64,000 nt of DNA from an uncultured delta proteobacterium (lineage in GTDB: Bacteria; Desulfobacterota; Syntrophia; Syntrophales; Smithellaceae): positions 316,777 to 380,776 of the forward strand of contig CAWEQT010000002.1 of assembly GCA_963811325.1 (NCBI GenBank). The letters are read 5' to 3'. Every line of letters begins with the position of its first letter. Positions within the stretch are counted from its first letter, which is position 1. Made by a program: the position numbers and the translations under genes. Below are positions 29,803 through 39,196 of this stretch, one piece after another. Below the pieces are notes generated by a model. It did no database searches. It was given only the letters and a program-made list of their open reading frames with translations, and was not told where the DNA came from.

Positions 29803-29885
29803 GTAAAACCCTTCGGCTTTTACCGGCAAGGAATATTATTATTCATTATTGCGCCTCCTACCGGAATGCGCCCCCGGTTAACAGT
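29803..29885 (-). repeat. structured repeat, diverged copy C (overlaps the folC stop codon)
   Basis: The reverse complement reads ttaaccgggggcgcattccggtaggaggcgcaataatgaataataat..ttgccg, followed by a hairpin (gtaaaa...ttttac, 29803-29823). It is inverted relative to copy D, 290 bp away. Confidence 0.6.
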
Positions 29886-31137
29886 CAATAAACGCCTGTT
29901 TTACTTCACCGGCCAAATAAAAAGAACCTGTCGCGCATATCAAGTCCTGATTTTTTGCGAGGGCCAGCGCCTGCTTAATTGCCTGATTTACATCTTTAGT
30001 GACAACTGCCGTATAGCCCATTTTTTTCAATGTTTCCGTAATATCGTTCACCGGCACAGCCCGCACGGTTTTTATTTGTGTTAATATTATTATTGAGGCG
30101 AGTGGAAGTATCTTTTGCAGCATTTGCCGGTAGTCCTTATCGGCAAGAACACCAAAGATAAGAATTAAACGCCGATGAGGAAAATCTCTTTTTAAAGACC
30201 GGCATAAAGCGTCAATACCTGCGGGATTATGAGCTCCATCGAGAAGAAAAAGAGGCTGCTCTTGTAAAATTTCCATCCTTGCTTCCCAATGCGTATTTTT
30301 GAGTCCCGAATAAATCGCTGTATCATCAATATGGAAACCTTTTTTAGAGCAAAATTCAATTGCCGCCAGAGCCACAGCGGCATTGGATAATTGATGATCG
30401 CCTCTTAGAGGGATTGTCAGATTTTTTATATTACGAAACAATCCCCGATAGGTAAAAAAACCGTCTTCTTGTTTTTTAATTTTTATATCACGTCCCAGAC
30501 AATAAAGCTTCGCCCGGCTGCGCAGGCAAACGTTTTCCAGAATCTCCAGAACTATTTTTTGTCTTACCGCTGTAATACAGATGCCGTTTTTTTTGATGAT
30601 TCCCGCTTTTTCGCGGGTGATTGATTCCAGAGTATTGCCCAGATAGGCCGTATGATCAAAAGCAATATTGGTGATTATCGAAGCCAGTGGAAAACAAACG
30701 TTTGTCGCGTCAAGTCTGCCGCCTAAACCAACTTCCAGCACGGCAATATCCACTTTCCGGTTTTGAAAATATACAAAGCCAACAGCAGTCAAAAATTCAA
30801 AATAAGTTACCGGATACTCCATTTTATCTTTCACATACGCGATAATCCGTTTAAATTCCTTCAGGGCGATTTTCTTCCCGTTGATGACAATCCTCTCCCG
30901 GACATCAACCAGATGCGGGGACGTATAGAGACCAACTTTATAGCCGGCGCGGCATAAAATCGAAGAGGTCATCGCCGCGGTTGATCCCTTACCATTGGTG
31001 CCGGCAATCAATATTGTCTTATAGGAATCTTGCGGATTTCCCAAACGCGAAAGCAGTTGGGAAATTGCCTTAAGCCCGAAATGCATCTTGTCAACATTTA
31101 AGCTGGTAAGATATTCAGATGGTTTAAATTTATTCAT
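29878..31137 (-). CDS. folC: bifunctional folylpolyglutamate synthase / dihydrofolate synthase
   Basis: 419 aa with the Mur-ligase P-loop AGTNGKGST and LDGAHNPAG. Confidence 0.9.
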   Translation of the reverse strand: MNKFKPSEYLTSLNVDKMHFGLKAISQLLSRLGNPQDSYKTILIAGTNGKGSTAAMTSSILCRAGYKVGLYTSPHLVDVRERIVINGKKIALKEFKRIIAYVKDKMEYPVTYFEFLTAVGFVYFQNRKVDIAVLEVGLGGRLDATNVCFPLASIITNIAFDHTAYLGNTLESITREKAGIIKKNGICITAVRQKIVLEILENVCLRSRAKLYCLGRDIKIKKQEDGFFTYRGLFRNIKNLTIPLRGDHQLSNAAVALAAIEFCSKKGFHIDDTAIYSGLKNTHWEARMEILQEQPLFLLDGAHNPAGIDALCRSLKRDFPHRRLILIFGVLADKDYRQMLQKILPLASIIILTQIKTVRAVPVNDITETLKKMGYTAVVTKDVNQAIKQALALAKNQDLICATGSFYLAGEVKQAFIDC

Positions 31138-31370
31138 TTATTTATCGGTTGTCTAAATGATGATTATTCCTCTTGAATTATTCGTAAACTAGCACACCTT
31201 ATGCATACAGGCAACGAATTTGTAAAGCTGCAGGAAAAAATAACCAAAAAGAAAAGAGAACTAAGACACAATGAGATTGGACAAGCAACGCATCTAATCT
31301 TCTTCCCTTTTCATACTTGCCAGGAATTATAAATTGGAAATTTTCAGAACATCATATCGGTGAGCGCTAA

Positions 31371-31405
31371 AAGACTTCTCACATCCGTTCGATGTGAGAA
31401 GTCTT
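31371..31405 (-). terminator. strong hairpin, probable terminator of the porin transcription unit
   Basis: A perfect 15-bp stem aagacttctcacatc/cgttc/gatgtgagaagtctt. On the minus strand the stem runs into CUUUUAGCG. Confidence 0.6.
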
Positions 31406-31473
31406 AAATAGCGAAAATCATCAGAGCACCAACGCTTTATACTGCTACCGGAGACTGTCTCATCTCCTCTTCG

Positions 31474-31612
31474 TTAGTCAATGAAACAATTCCATGTTTT
31501 ATTTTGCGTTTGTGGTTGCGAGAAACTTTCTTTTACCAATTCCTTTTCTGTACATCCCGTAAGAAAAGTAAAAGTTAATCCAAACACAGCTTTTAAAATG
31601 TCTTAATTTCAT
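31474..31612 (-). CDS. possible small lipoprotein, frame disrupted at a T4A4 tract or using a non-ATG start
   Basis: The ATG at 31612 gives MKLRHFK. The +1 frame continues AVFGLTFTFLTGCTEKELVKESFSQPQTQNKTWNCFID and then stops. That frame carries a classic lipobox (LTGC). The 139-nt span is not a multiple of 3. Confidence 0.35.
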
Positions 31613-31654
31613 GTTTGTTAAGTATTCGCTTTAGTCAACAGACCCGCAAGAAGC

Positions 31655-33088
31655 CTATTGCCAATTTAAACGAAGACTTGATAATATCATACTGTCGTTA
31701 GCCTGAGGACCTCCTGTAGTACCGCTAAAGTATGTGTTTTTTGTATAGGAATATTGCAAACCGGCCTGCATATTCCCAAACCTGCCCTGAAAAAACTTCC
31801 ACCATGCCCCGACAGTGAACTGATCGATCGAATTGATTTGGCCATTAAATGCTTTGCCTACGGCGGTGCCGGGCAAACCCATTTCAGTTTCATCTAAAAC
31901 ACTGCCATAGCCATAGGCTTTACCACCTGCAGCTAAGTCTTTGCGCTGAGCGTTTTCCCAGCCGTAATAACTGTATACTGTCAGGGAACTCATGGGATTC
32001 CAGTTTAAGCCGGCAAGCAGCTGGAGCTCTGTAATAGGAGCGAGTTCGCCATCCGCATATTGAGTGACGTCAGGCAATTGACCGGAACCATAACGCCCGA
32101 TGCCTTCACCATACATACCACTGACCTGCAAACTTAATTGTTTCGAAAATAGCGGCAGAATAACGCCGCCACCTACAGCAGTGGTCGTAAGCTCATTACC
32201 ATTAACGTTGCCGTTTGAGTCTTGCAGAGTCGACTTGAAGGTGCGGGTCAAGTTAAAGACTTCAAAATGTATCCAACCAGGATCATATGCCGCTTTTACG
32301 ACCAAATCAGGGTAGGTGTTCGCGGATACACTGACGCCGGTAAGACTGCCGCCGCCGGATTGACTAAGCGACGAATTAACCGCCGTCCCTGTCAAAGCGG
32401 TCGGTGTGCTTGCGGCAACGGTTTGGGGAGCTTCGATGGAAACCGCCAGCCAATATGTCTTGTCCCAGTCTTTTACGATACGCAACTGGGGTTGTCGTGC
32501 CCATGAAAAGCCGGGTACGTACTGGGCGTCAATCGTCAGCGGGATATCTTCTTTGCGCGGGGTGATGCCCTTATTATTCATCGTGACCAGCGACCAGGTT
32601 TGACCGCCTAATAAATGCAGTCCGAGGTTATCCCAATCAATCGTTGTGTACAGATGACGAATCCGGGGGTTATAGGAGTCACTTTCTGCGGAATTGGCGG
32701 TAGAGGCCGCGCCCAAAAAGTCCATCTCATAGAATCCGGCCAGGTGGATCGTGGGACTGTAATCGCCCTGCGCCAGAATGTTAAGTCTGGATTGCCTTGC
32801 GCTGAATCTTGTTTCGTCCTGGTAATAACCTACTTGATTCGGCAGGGGAATTGCATTAAACTTCGATGAAATATCGGAATTTTCATTCCTGGCGCGGTAA
32901 ACACCTTCCGCCGCTATGAAACCGCCCAATTTGACGTTGACCCCCATCATTTTCAGGGTTATGTCGCCAGTGTCAGCGGCAGCTGCCGTCTGACCGTTTG
33001 CCGGTGCGGTAGCTGCCGGCTGATCGTCCGCCAGTGCCGGCGATGCCAGCAGTATTAATGCGGCAATTAAAATAAACCTTTTCTTCAT
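31655..33088 (-). CDS. outer-membrane beta-barrel porin, likely Pho-regulated (phosphate-selective?)
   Basis: The start MKKRFILIAALILLASPALA is preceded by CAGGAGGG (the track ORF extends to 33142). The sequence shows an alternating beta-strand pattern. A Pho box lies upstream. Confidence 0.7.
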   Translation of the reverse strand: MKKRFILIAALILLASPALADDQPAATAPANGQTAAAADTGDITLKMMGVNVKLGGFIAAEGVYRARNENSDISSKFNAIPLPNQVGYYQDETRFSARQSRLNILAQGDYSPTIHLAGFYEMDFLGAASTANSAESDSYNPRIRHLYTTIDWDNLGLHLLGGQTWSLVTMNNKGITPRKEDIPLTIDAQYVPGFSWARQPQLRIVKDWDKTYWLAVSIEAPQTVAASTPTALTGTAVNSSLSQSGGGSLTGVSVSANTYPDLVVKAAYDPGWIHFEVFNLTRTFKSTLQDSNGNVNGNELTTTAVGGGVILPLFSKQLSLQVSGMYGEGIGRYGSGQLPDVTQYADGELAPITELQLLAGLNWNPMSSLTVYSYYGWENAQRKDLAAGGKAYGYGSVLDETEMGLPGTAVGKAFNGQINSIDQFTVGAWWKFFQGRFGNMQAGLQYSYTKNTYFSGTTGGPQANDSMILSSLRLNWQ

Positions 33089-33149
33089 TTTTCCCTCCTG
33101 AATTAAAATTATTTTCTTGTGCAATTGCAGGGCAATGTACATGTTTTGT

Positions 33150-33176
33150 GTTACAGAATTATGACAATTCTGTTAA
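33150..33176 (-). promoter_or_regulatory. Pho box plus -10 element of the porin promoter
   Basis: The minus strand reads TTAACAGAAT-TGTCATAATTCTGTAAC. The core TTGTCAT-AATT-CTGTAAC matches the E. coli PhoB consensus CTGTCAT-N4-CTGTCAT. It is followed 10 nt later by TACATT. A near-identical site lies at pstS. Confidence 0.7.
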
Positions 33177-33359
33177 GGTATAAAGAAATAAAGATTATGG
33201 TTGGAAATAGTGCATTTTAATCAAGGCTGACGATGTGATATTTTCAGAGGAGATGAATAAATAATACAGAAAGTTTTTAAATTATATGATTATTTCTTCC
33301 TCCGCCTTCGGGGGATTAATCTCTGTAAAAGAATACTAACTTTTTTCGGAAAGCAAACT

Positions 33360-33710
33360 CTACCAGGCGTGACGCTCCAGAAAAGAACCGGATGCGTTTT
33401 GCTCCATTTCTTCGAAGAGCGCAAAAGGCGCTGTGAAGGTCATCAAATGAGGATCGTTCAACTGCTTGCGAACGTAAACGCGGGCGGAAAGATCGGTTAG
33501 CCCTATAAAACTGCGCGTGGCTTTGTTGATTTTTGCCTCACAATAAGGATAAATACCGATGGTCTGGCAATCGGCAGTTTAGGGAATAATCACATTTTAA
33601 TTATCACCACGTCCACAATTGGCCAAAACAACCAATGCGGAGAGTTGATCGGGATTGACAAAGAAAATGATCGACTTAAGTTGTATTGCCTTGGCTATTT
33701 GGCTTTCCAT
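33360..33710 (-). pseudogene. DUF169-family gene remnant (C-terminal half, two in-frame TAA stops)
   Basis: A single frame reads MESQIAKAIQLKSIIFFVNPDQLSALVVLANCGRGDN*NVIIP*TADCQTIGIYPYCEAKINKATRSFIGLTDLSARVY...ERHAW*. The N-terminal half is absent. Confidence 0.55.
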
Positions 33711-33738
33711 TTTCTACTCCTTTGAAAATTTGGAAAGA

Positions 33739-35484
33739 TCATGCCTTCTGAATCGGAAAAAATAAAGATACTTTAGTGCCGTGACCCAACTGGCTTTCGA
33801 TCTCCATCCTGCCGCCGTGCGCCATCATCAGATGCTTTACTATGGATAAGCCTAATCCTGTGCCTCCCAAATCACGTGAACGAGACCGGTCCACCCGATA
33901 AAAACGCTCGCCCAAACGCTGAATTTCTTCTTTTGATATACCGATGCCTGTATCTGTTATTATCAACACAGTATGGTTATCTTTCTGTCCGGCCTCAATA
34001 AAAACATTGCCAGCCTCCGATGTAAATTTAACAGCATTATCTAAAACATTTACCAGTATCTGGGCAAATCTGTCTCTGTCAGCACGAATGTGTGGCATAT
34101 TTTCCTGCACGTCGTTATGTATGTTTATCTTTTTTAATCTGGCTTGTGCTTCAATTAATGGAATGACACCTTCCAAAGCGTCACGCAAAGAAACTTCTTC
34201 AAAACGGAATTGAAGTTCACCCAGTTCAATTTTTGATATGACCAGCAAATCTTCAATCAGACGATTCAAGCGCTGGGCTTGTTTCAAACTGATATTAACA
34301 AATCTTTTCGCATCATCTTTACTAACGGTTGCTCCTGCTTTCATCGTTTCCAGATAACCAATAATTGCCGTCAGTGGAGTTCTGATTTCATGCGTAACAT
34401 TAGCCACAAAATCCACTCTAATCTGTTCTAGTTTTTTAAGCCGTGTTACATCGTGAAAGACAATCATCGTTTTTTCTTCTTCAGGATAACCATGAACGGC
34501 GGAGATGCTAACACTTAAAATAACCGGTTCTATATTGCCAAGAATAATTTCGCAGGACACATTTACTCGCGTTTCTTTAAAACCCAGAAAAGCTTTTTGC
34601 AAATCAGCGTTGCGGAAGGCTTCCATCAGGGTCTTTCCGTTTATATCTCCGTATTGTTCAGAAAATATATTACTCAACGCCTGATTGACGAATTCGACTT
34701 TATCTTCCGCATTGAGAATCAAAATCCCCTCGGTCATGCTGGTAAACGCTGTCATCAACTTGCTCTTCTCTTCATTGGCCAGCCGAATCTGGCTTTGCAG
34801 TTCATCCACAAGATAATTGATGTTATCGGCCAATTTCTTTGTTTCGTCCGCCGTCTCTAAAAAAATTGTCCCAACCGGATGTCCCTGACGCAGTTTTTCA
34901 GTGAATCTTTCCATTGCCAAAATCGGCGCTGCCAAGCTGTAAGAAAAGATCAGGGCAATGACAAGCGCTGTAACCCCAATAATTATCATTGCCAGAAAAA
35001 TAGATTGATAGACTTTTTCGATAACGTTTTGCACATCATGCAGAGGACGAGCCAACCGTATATAACCGGAAGTTTCCTGCCCATCTTTGATGGCAATGGC
35101 TACGTAGAGAAAATCGATGCCGATAGTGCTACTGAATCTGACTGACCTGCCCATACCCTTAAGCCTGGCTTCCTGTACTTCCGGCCGGTTTAAGTGATTT
35201 TCCATAAGAGAGACTTCTTTTTCCGAATCAGCCAAGACCTTCCCCCGAGCGTCAATCAGAGTGACCCTGGAGTTCGATATCTTTGCAATTTGCTTAAGCT
35301 GTTCCGCAATTTTCCCGGAGGAACTCAGGTCAAGAAGCTGGGCATAGGAAAACAATTCCGTTTCAACTTTGGAAATGAGCACATTCTTTATTTCATCGCG
35401 CACAAACAGATCCAAAAGGAAAAAAGACAGACATATAATGACAAGATAGCTAAAAAATATTTTGATAAAAATATTTTTCTTCAC
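33739..35484 (-). CDS. phoR: phosphate-sensor histidine kinase PhoR
   Basis: 581 aa. It has TM, HAMP and PAS domains, the H-box FVANVTHEIRTPLTAI, and an HATPase domain (DTGIGI, GGTGLGLSIV). It overlaps the phoU stop. Confidence 0.85.
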   Translation of the reverse strand: MKKNIFIKIFFSYLVIICLSFFLLDLFVRDEIKNVLISKVETELFSYAQLLDLSSSGKIAEQLKQIAKISNSRVTLIDARGKVLADSEKEVSLMENHLNRPEVQEARLKGMGRSVRFSSTIGIDFLYVAIAIKDGQETSGYIRLARPLHDVQNVIEKVYQSIFLAMIIIGVTALVIALIFSYSLAAPILAMERFTEKLRQGHPVGTIFLETADETKKLADNINYLVDELQSQIRLANEEKSKLMTAFTSMTEGILILNAEDKVEFVNQALSNIFSEQYGDINGKTLMEAFRNADLQKAFLGFKETRVNVSCEIILGNIEPVILSVSISAVHGYPEEEKTMIVFHDVTRLKKLEQIRVDFVANVTHEIRTPLTAIIGYLETMKAGATVSKDDAKRFVNISLKQAQRLNRLIEDLLVISKIELGELQFRFEEVSLRDALEGVIPLIEAQARLKKINIHNDVQENMPHIRADRDRFAQILVNVLDNAVKFTSEAGNVFIEAGQKDNHTVLIITDTGIGISKEEIQRLGERFYRVDRSRSRDLGGTGLGLSIVKHLMMAHGGRMEIESQLGHGTKVSLFFPIQKA

Positions 35485-36188
35485 GCCGGCTCCTTTGCGT
35501 TGATATCTTTGATATCTTTTGTCTGATGTCGAACGTTTTCACCGGTTACCATATATGTTACCATATCCGCAATACCTTTGGCGTGATCGGCTATGCGCTC
35601 CAGATTTTTAGATACGTGCATTATCAGCAAAGCTCTGTGGATGCATTTGGAATCTTCCATCATAAAAGTTAAAAGCTCACGGAAAATTTGTTCATTAAGG
35701 TCATCCGTTATCTGTTCCGTTTGACGGACTTTTTCGGCAATGTTCAAATCATTTCTGATAAAACTATCCAGCGAATTATTAACCATCTCTACAACAAGGT
35801 CAGCCATGCGGGGCAAATCAATGTATGGTTTGAGTCTAGGCTCTTCGTTTAACTGGATCGCTTTTTCGGCAATATTCACCGCCATATCGCCGATTCTTTC
35901 CAGATGACCGGTAATCTTGATCGCCGTAGTAATAAACCTCAGATCGTTGGCGGTCGGCTGACGCAGCGCCAGATTTCGAATGCAACGTTCTTCCATCTCC
36001 GCATCGAGTTTATCGATTTCATCATCGTCTTTAATTACCTTATGCGCTATTTCGGAGTTTCTCTCCGAAAGGGATTTCATCGCATTCTGAATAGCCTTCT
36101 CGGTAAGCGCGCCAATGTAAATAAGTCCGTTTTTTATTTCCTGCAGTTCTACTTCATAATGCGAACTTGTATGCCTTCTTTCTTCCAT
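35481..36188 (-). CDS. phoU: phosphate signalling complex protein PhoU
   Basis: 235 aa with two PhoU repeats carrying ERIGD/ERIAD motifs. Confidence 0.9.
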   Translation of the reverse strand: MEERRHTSSHYEVELQEIKNGLIYIGALTEKAIQNAMKSLSERNSEIAHKVIKDDDEIDKLDAEMEERCIRNLALRQPTANDLRFITTAIKITGHLERIGDMAVNIAEKAIQLNEEPRLKPYIDLPRMADLVVEMVNNSLDSFIRNDLNIAEKVRQTEQITDDLNEQIFRELLTFMMEDSKCIHRALLIMHVSKNLERIADHAKGIADMVTYMVTGENVRHQTKDIKDINAKEPA

Positions 36189-36353
36189 AAAATGTCCTCC
36201 AATTAAAAACTGATTACATATAAAAATAAGACAGCTTTGTAAAAGGGAAGCACTCCCGGAGAGTGAGGAATGCGGCGTATATTATCATAAGCCGCAATGA
36301 CGAAAATGCAGCGCAACGCAGCAGATAATCCTTTTTCCAAAGTCGTTCCCGCA

Positions 36354-37121
36354 TCAACCGAATCTCCCTGTTATATAGTCTTCTGTTTGCTTTGCATCAG
36401 GATTGGTAAATATTTTATCAGTCTTATTATATTCGACAAGATTCCCCAGATAAAAGAACGCCGTCTCATCGGAAATACGAGCAGCCTGCTGCATATTATG
36501 CGTCACGATAATAATAGTATAGTCCTTTTTCAGCTCTTCAATCAACTCTTCAATTTTCGCCGTGGAAATAGGATCAAGCGCAGAGGTCGGCTCGTCCATT
36601 AACAAGACATCCGGTTTCATGGCCAAAGCTCGCGCGATGCAAAGCCGCTGCTGTTGTCCTCCGGAAAGAGCCATTGCCGATTTATTCAATAAATCTTTTA
36701 CTTCATCCCACAAAACAGCTTGTTTGAGACTTTGCTCCACTAGAGTATCAAGATCGCTGTTTCCCAATCCGTTTAGTTTAGGTCCATAAGAGATATTGTT
36801 ATAGATAGTTTTCGGGAAAGGATTTGGTTTTTGAAATACCATCCCGATCTTCCGGCGAGTTTCCACCGGGTCAATATTATCGGCATAGATATCTTTTCCT
36901 TCAAAAACGACCTTCCCTTCCACCCTTGTCCCGATAATAAGATCATTCATCCGATTCAAAAGCCTCAGCAATGTAGATTTGCCGCAACCGGATGGCCCAA
37001 TCAGAGCGGTCACCTTCTTTTCAGGAAAATCCATGGAGATGTCATTCAGGGCGCGCGATTGGCCATAGTAAAAATTTACATTATGCAGACTAATTATCAT
37101 GTTCACATCCATACTTACCAC
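36354..37121 (-). CDS. pstB: phosphate ABC transporter ATP-binding protein PstB
   Basis: Walker [10 protein letters not shown], signature LSGGQQQRL and Walker [12 protein letters not shown]. The start is either the GTG at 37121 or the ATG at 37112. Confidence 0.95.
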   Translation of the reverse strand: MVSMDVNMIISLHNVNFYYGQSRALNDISMDFPEKKVTALIGPSGCGKSTLLRLLNRMNDLIIGTRVEGKVVFEGKDIYADNIDPVETRRKIGMVFQKPNPFPKTIYNNISYGPKLNGLGNSDLDTLVEQSLKQAVLWDEVKDLLNKSAMALSGGQQQRLCIARALAMKPDVLLMDEPTSALDPISTAKIEELIEELKKDYTIIIVTHNMQQAARISDETAFFYLGNLVEYNKTDKIFTNPDAKQTEDYITGRFG

Positions 37122-37993
37122 CTTTTATTTTTCCTCATGCGGCCGCGGATAATAATGGCCAACATATCGATCCCCAGAACAACAGCAATAAGAACAAGCA
37201 CGGTTCCAAATTGCATCGGCCTGGTTTCTTCAATATGAGTGCCCGCCGTAGCCAGAACGTATATATGATAGGGCAGAGCCATAACTTCATCAAAAATGGA
37301 ACCCGGTAATTTTGCGGTAAAGAAAGCCGCCGCCGTAAACATAATTGGCGCAGTCTCTCCGGCAGCGCGGCCGACGCCTAGAATAGAGCCTGTCAGGATT
37401 CCCGGCAGGGCGTTGGGCAAAACAATCCGGAAAATAGTCTGCCACTTGGTGACGCCAAGCGCCAGAGATGCCTCGCGGAATGACTGAGGCACAGCTTTCA
37501 GCGCCTCTTCGGCAGCGCCAATGATTGTCGGCAGAATGAGAAATCCGAGGGTTAGTGAACCGGACAGAATGCATGAACCAAATTTCAGCATTACTACAAA
37601 CAAACCAAGACCAAATAGTCCGAAAACAACTGAGGGCACTCCCGCCAGACAATTTATCCCTATCTTGATAATTCTGATCACCCTGCCTTGTACGGCATAT
37701 TCCGTTAAATATATTGCCGAAGCCACACCCAGCGGCAAACCTATGCAGATCGCCCCAACAGTTAAATATATAGTACCCACGATAGCCGGCATAATCCCGC
37801 CTTTCGTCATGGAATCCATGGGCATCTTGGTGATGAAATCCCAGCTGATGACGCCAATCCCGTTAATTACAATATATAATAAAAGCCCGCCCAGAGCGAG
37901 GGCAATGATCAAAAATGATAATCGCACAATGCCGAAGAAAAGTGTTTGCTTTAGATATCGCCACCTCATTGAACTGTTCATTGATTTATTCAT
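37115..37993 (-). CDS. pstA: phosphate ABC transporter permease PstA
   Basis: 292-aa permease with the EAA-type loop [18 protein letters not shown]. Confidence 0.9.
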   Translation of the reverse strand: MNKSMNSSMRWRYLKQTLFFGIVRLSFLIIALALGGLLLYIVINGIGVISWDFITKMPMDSMTKGGIMPAIVGTIYLTVGAICIGLPLGVASAIYLTEYAVQGRVIRIIKIGINCLAGVPSVVFGLFGLGLFVVMLKFGSCILSGSLTLGFLILPTIIGAAEEALKAVPQSFREASLALGVTKWQTIFRIVLPNALPGILTGSILGVGRAAGETAPIMFTAAAFFTAKLPGSIFDEVMALPYHIYVLATAGTHIEETRPMQFGTVLVLIAVVLGIDMLAIIIRGRMRKNKRW

Positions 37994-38005
37994 ATATCAA
38001 TCCAA

Positions 38006-38893
38006 TCAAAGCGTTGCCGAACCTGATTGATGAAACTTATGAGAAAGATAATCCGCAATCAAATTAAACGCGAGTGTCAGAAAAAACAAAACTATGCCTA
38101 TGGCAAACAAAGCTTGATAATGGGCGCCACCAAAAGGCGCCTCTCCCATTTCCGCGGCAATGCTGGCTGGCATTGGCCGGACTGAATCAAAAATACTTCC
38201 GGGAATGGCCGCTGCTCCGCCCGCAACCATCAAAACAACCATTGTCTCACCAATCGCTCTCGATATTCCCAGTATAACCGCAGTAGAAATACCCGATAGC
38301 GCGGAAGGGACAATCACTTTAGCGATTGTTTCAAATCTGGTCGCGCCCAAAGCATAGGACGCTTCTTTAAATTCATTGGGAACGGCGTAGAGAGCGTCTT
38401 CTGAGATGCTGGATATAGTTGGTATTGCCATAATTGCCAGTATAACAGACGCGTTTAGAATGTTCAGACCTGTCGGCAAATCAAAAGTCTCCTGCATCCA
38501 CGGGGCGACAATGACCATACCGAAAAAACCTAAAACTACGGAAGGTATTCCGGCTAAAAGCTCAATAATCGATTTAAGTATCTCTTTTATTGAAACCGGC
38601 GCAATTTCCGCGATGTAGATAGCTGAAAGAACTCCTAGAGGAACGGCTATTAAAATTGCCAGAAAAGTTACGATGACAGATCCCACGATCAGTGAGAAAA
38701 TACCGAAAGACGCCGGATCAGATGTCGGATACCAATCTTTTCCTAAAAGAAAATCACTTAAGGAAACTAATTTGAATATCGGCATTCCTTCGCGGAAAAG
38801 AGAAATAACAATCAGGCCCAGCACGATAATTGACACCAGCGCAAAAGAAAAAAAGATATATTTAATAATATTTTCACTGGTTTTTCTCTTCAT
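38006..38893 (-). CDS. pstC: phosphate ABC transporter permease PstC
   Basis: 295-aa permease (EDALYAVPNEFKEASYALGATRFE). Confidence 0.9.
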   Translation of the reverse strand: MKRKTSENIIKYIFFSFALVSIIVLGLIVISLFREGMPIFKLVSLSDFLLGKDWYPTSDPASFGIFSLIVGSVIVTFLAILIAVPLGVLSAIYIAEIAPVSIKEILKSIIELLAGIPSVVLGFFGMVIVAPWMQETFDLPTGLNILNASVILAIMAIPTISSISEDALYAVPNEFKEASYALGATRFETIAKVIVPSALSGISTAVILGISRAIGETMVVLMVAGGAAAIPGSIFDSVRPMPASIAAEMGEAPFGGAHYQALFAIGIVLFFLTLAFNLIADYLSHKFHQSGSATL

Positions 38894-38935
38894 TATTTTG
38901 CCTCTAATTTTTAGTTTTCCGGGAGAACGTCGTTT

Positions 38936-39163
38936 CTATTTAAATTTTCTTCCGATCAGTTTTTTTATTTCATCACGGATTTTTCTAAATTCTTCAGCAA
39001 TATCTTCCGGTGATCCTTTCAGCACTGACATAGTAATCGGCTTTACCTATGCTGTCGCTGAAGGCATCATAACGCTTTCCATAAAAGTAATTTAGAATCG
39101 CTTTGGCCATTTGTGAACGAACTGAATTATTAGTGCAGATAAATATAACTCTTTTCTTTTCCA
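38936..39163 (-). pseudogene. internally deleted LMW-PTP / thioredoxin-type arsenate reductase (ArsC-like) remnant
   Basis: The N-terminus reads [22 protein letters not shown] (CX5R loop) for about 43 codons. After a frame shift, the family C-terminus [25 protein letters not shown] follows. About 60-70 central codons are missing. Confidence 0.6.
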
Positions 39164-39196
39164 TAGTCACTTAGATTTTGTTTCTAAAATATAATC

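Noticed and set aside
29683-30084. 133-aa plus-strand ORF spanning the lptD/folC spacer into folC.
   Set aside because: It overlaps the folC 3' end in antisense and crosses repeat copy C. The translation is Cys/Arg-rich and looks like junk.
36240-36310. The phoU-pstB spacer contains GGAATGCG and TATATTAT plus two small hairpins, which recalls the repeat family.
   Set aside because: The modules are not colinear with copies A-D in either orientation. The similarity is limited to 8-mers.
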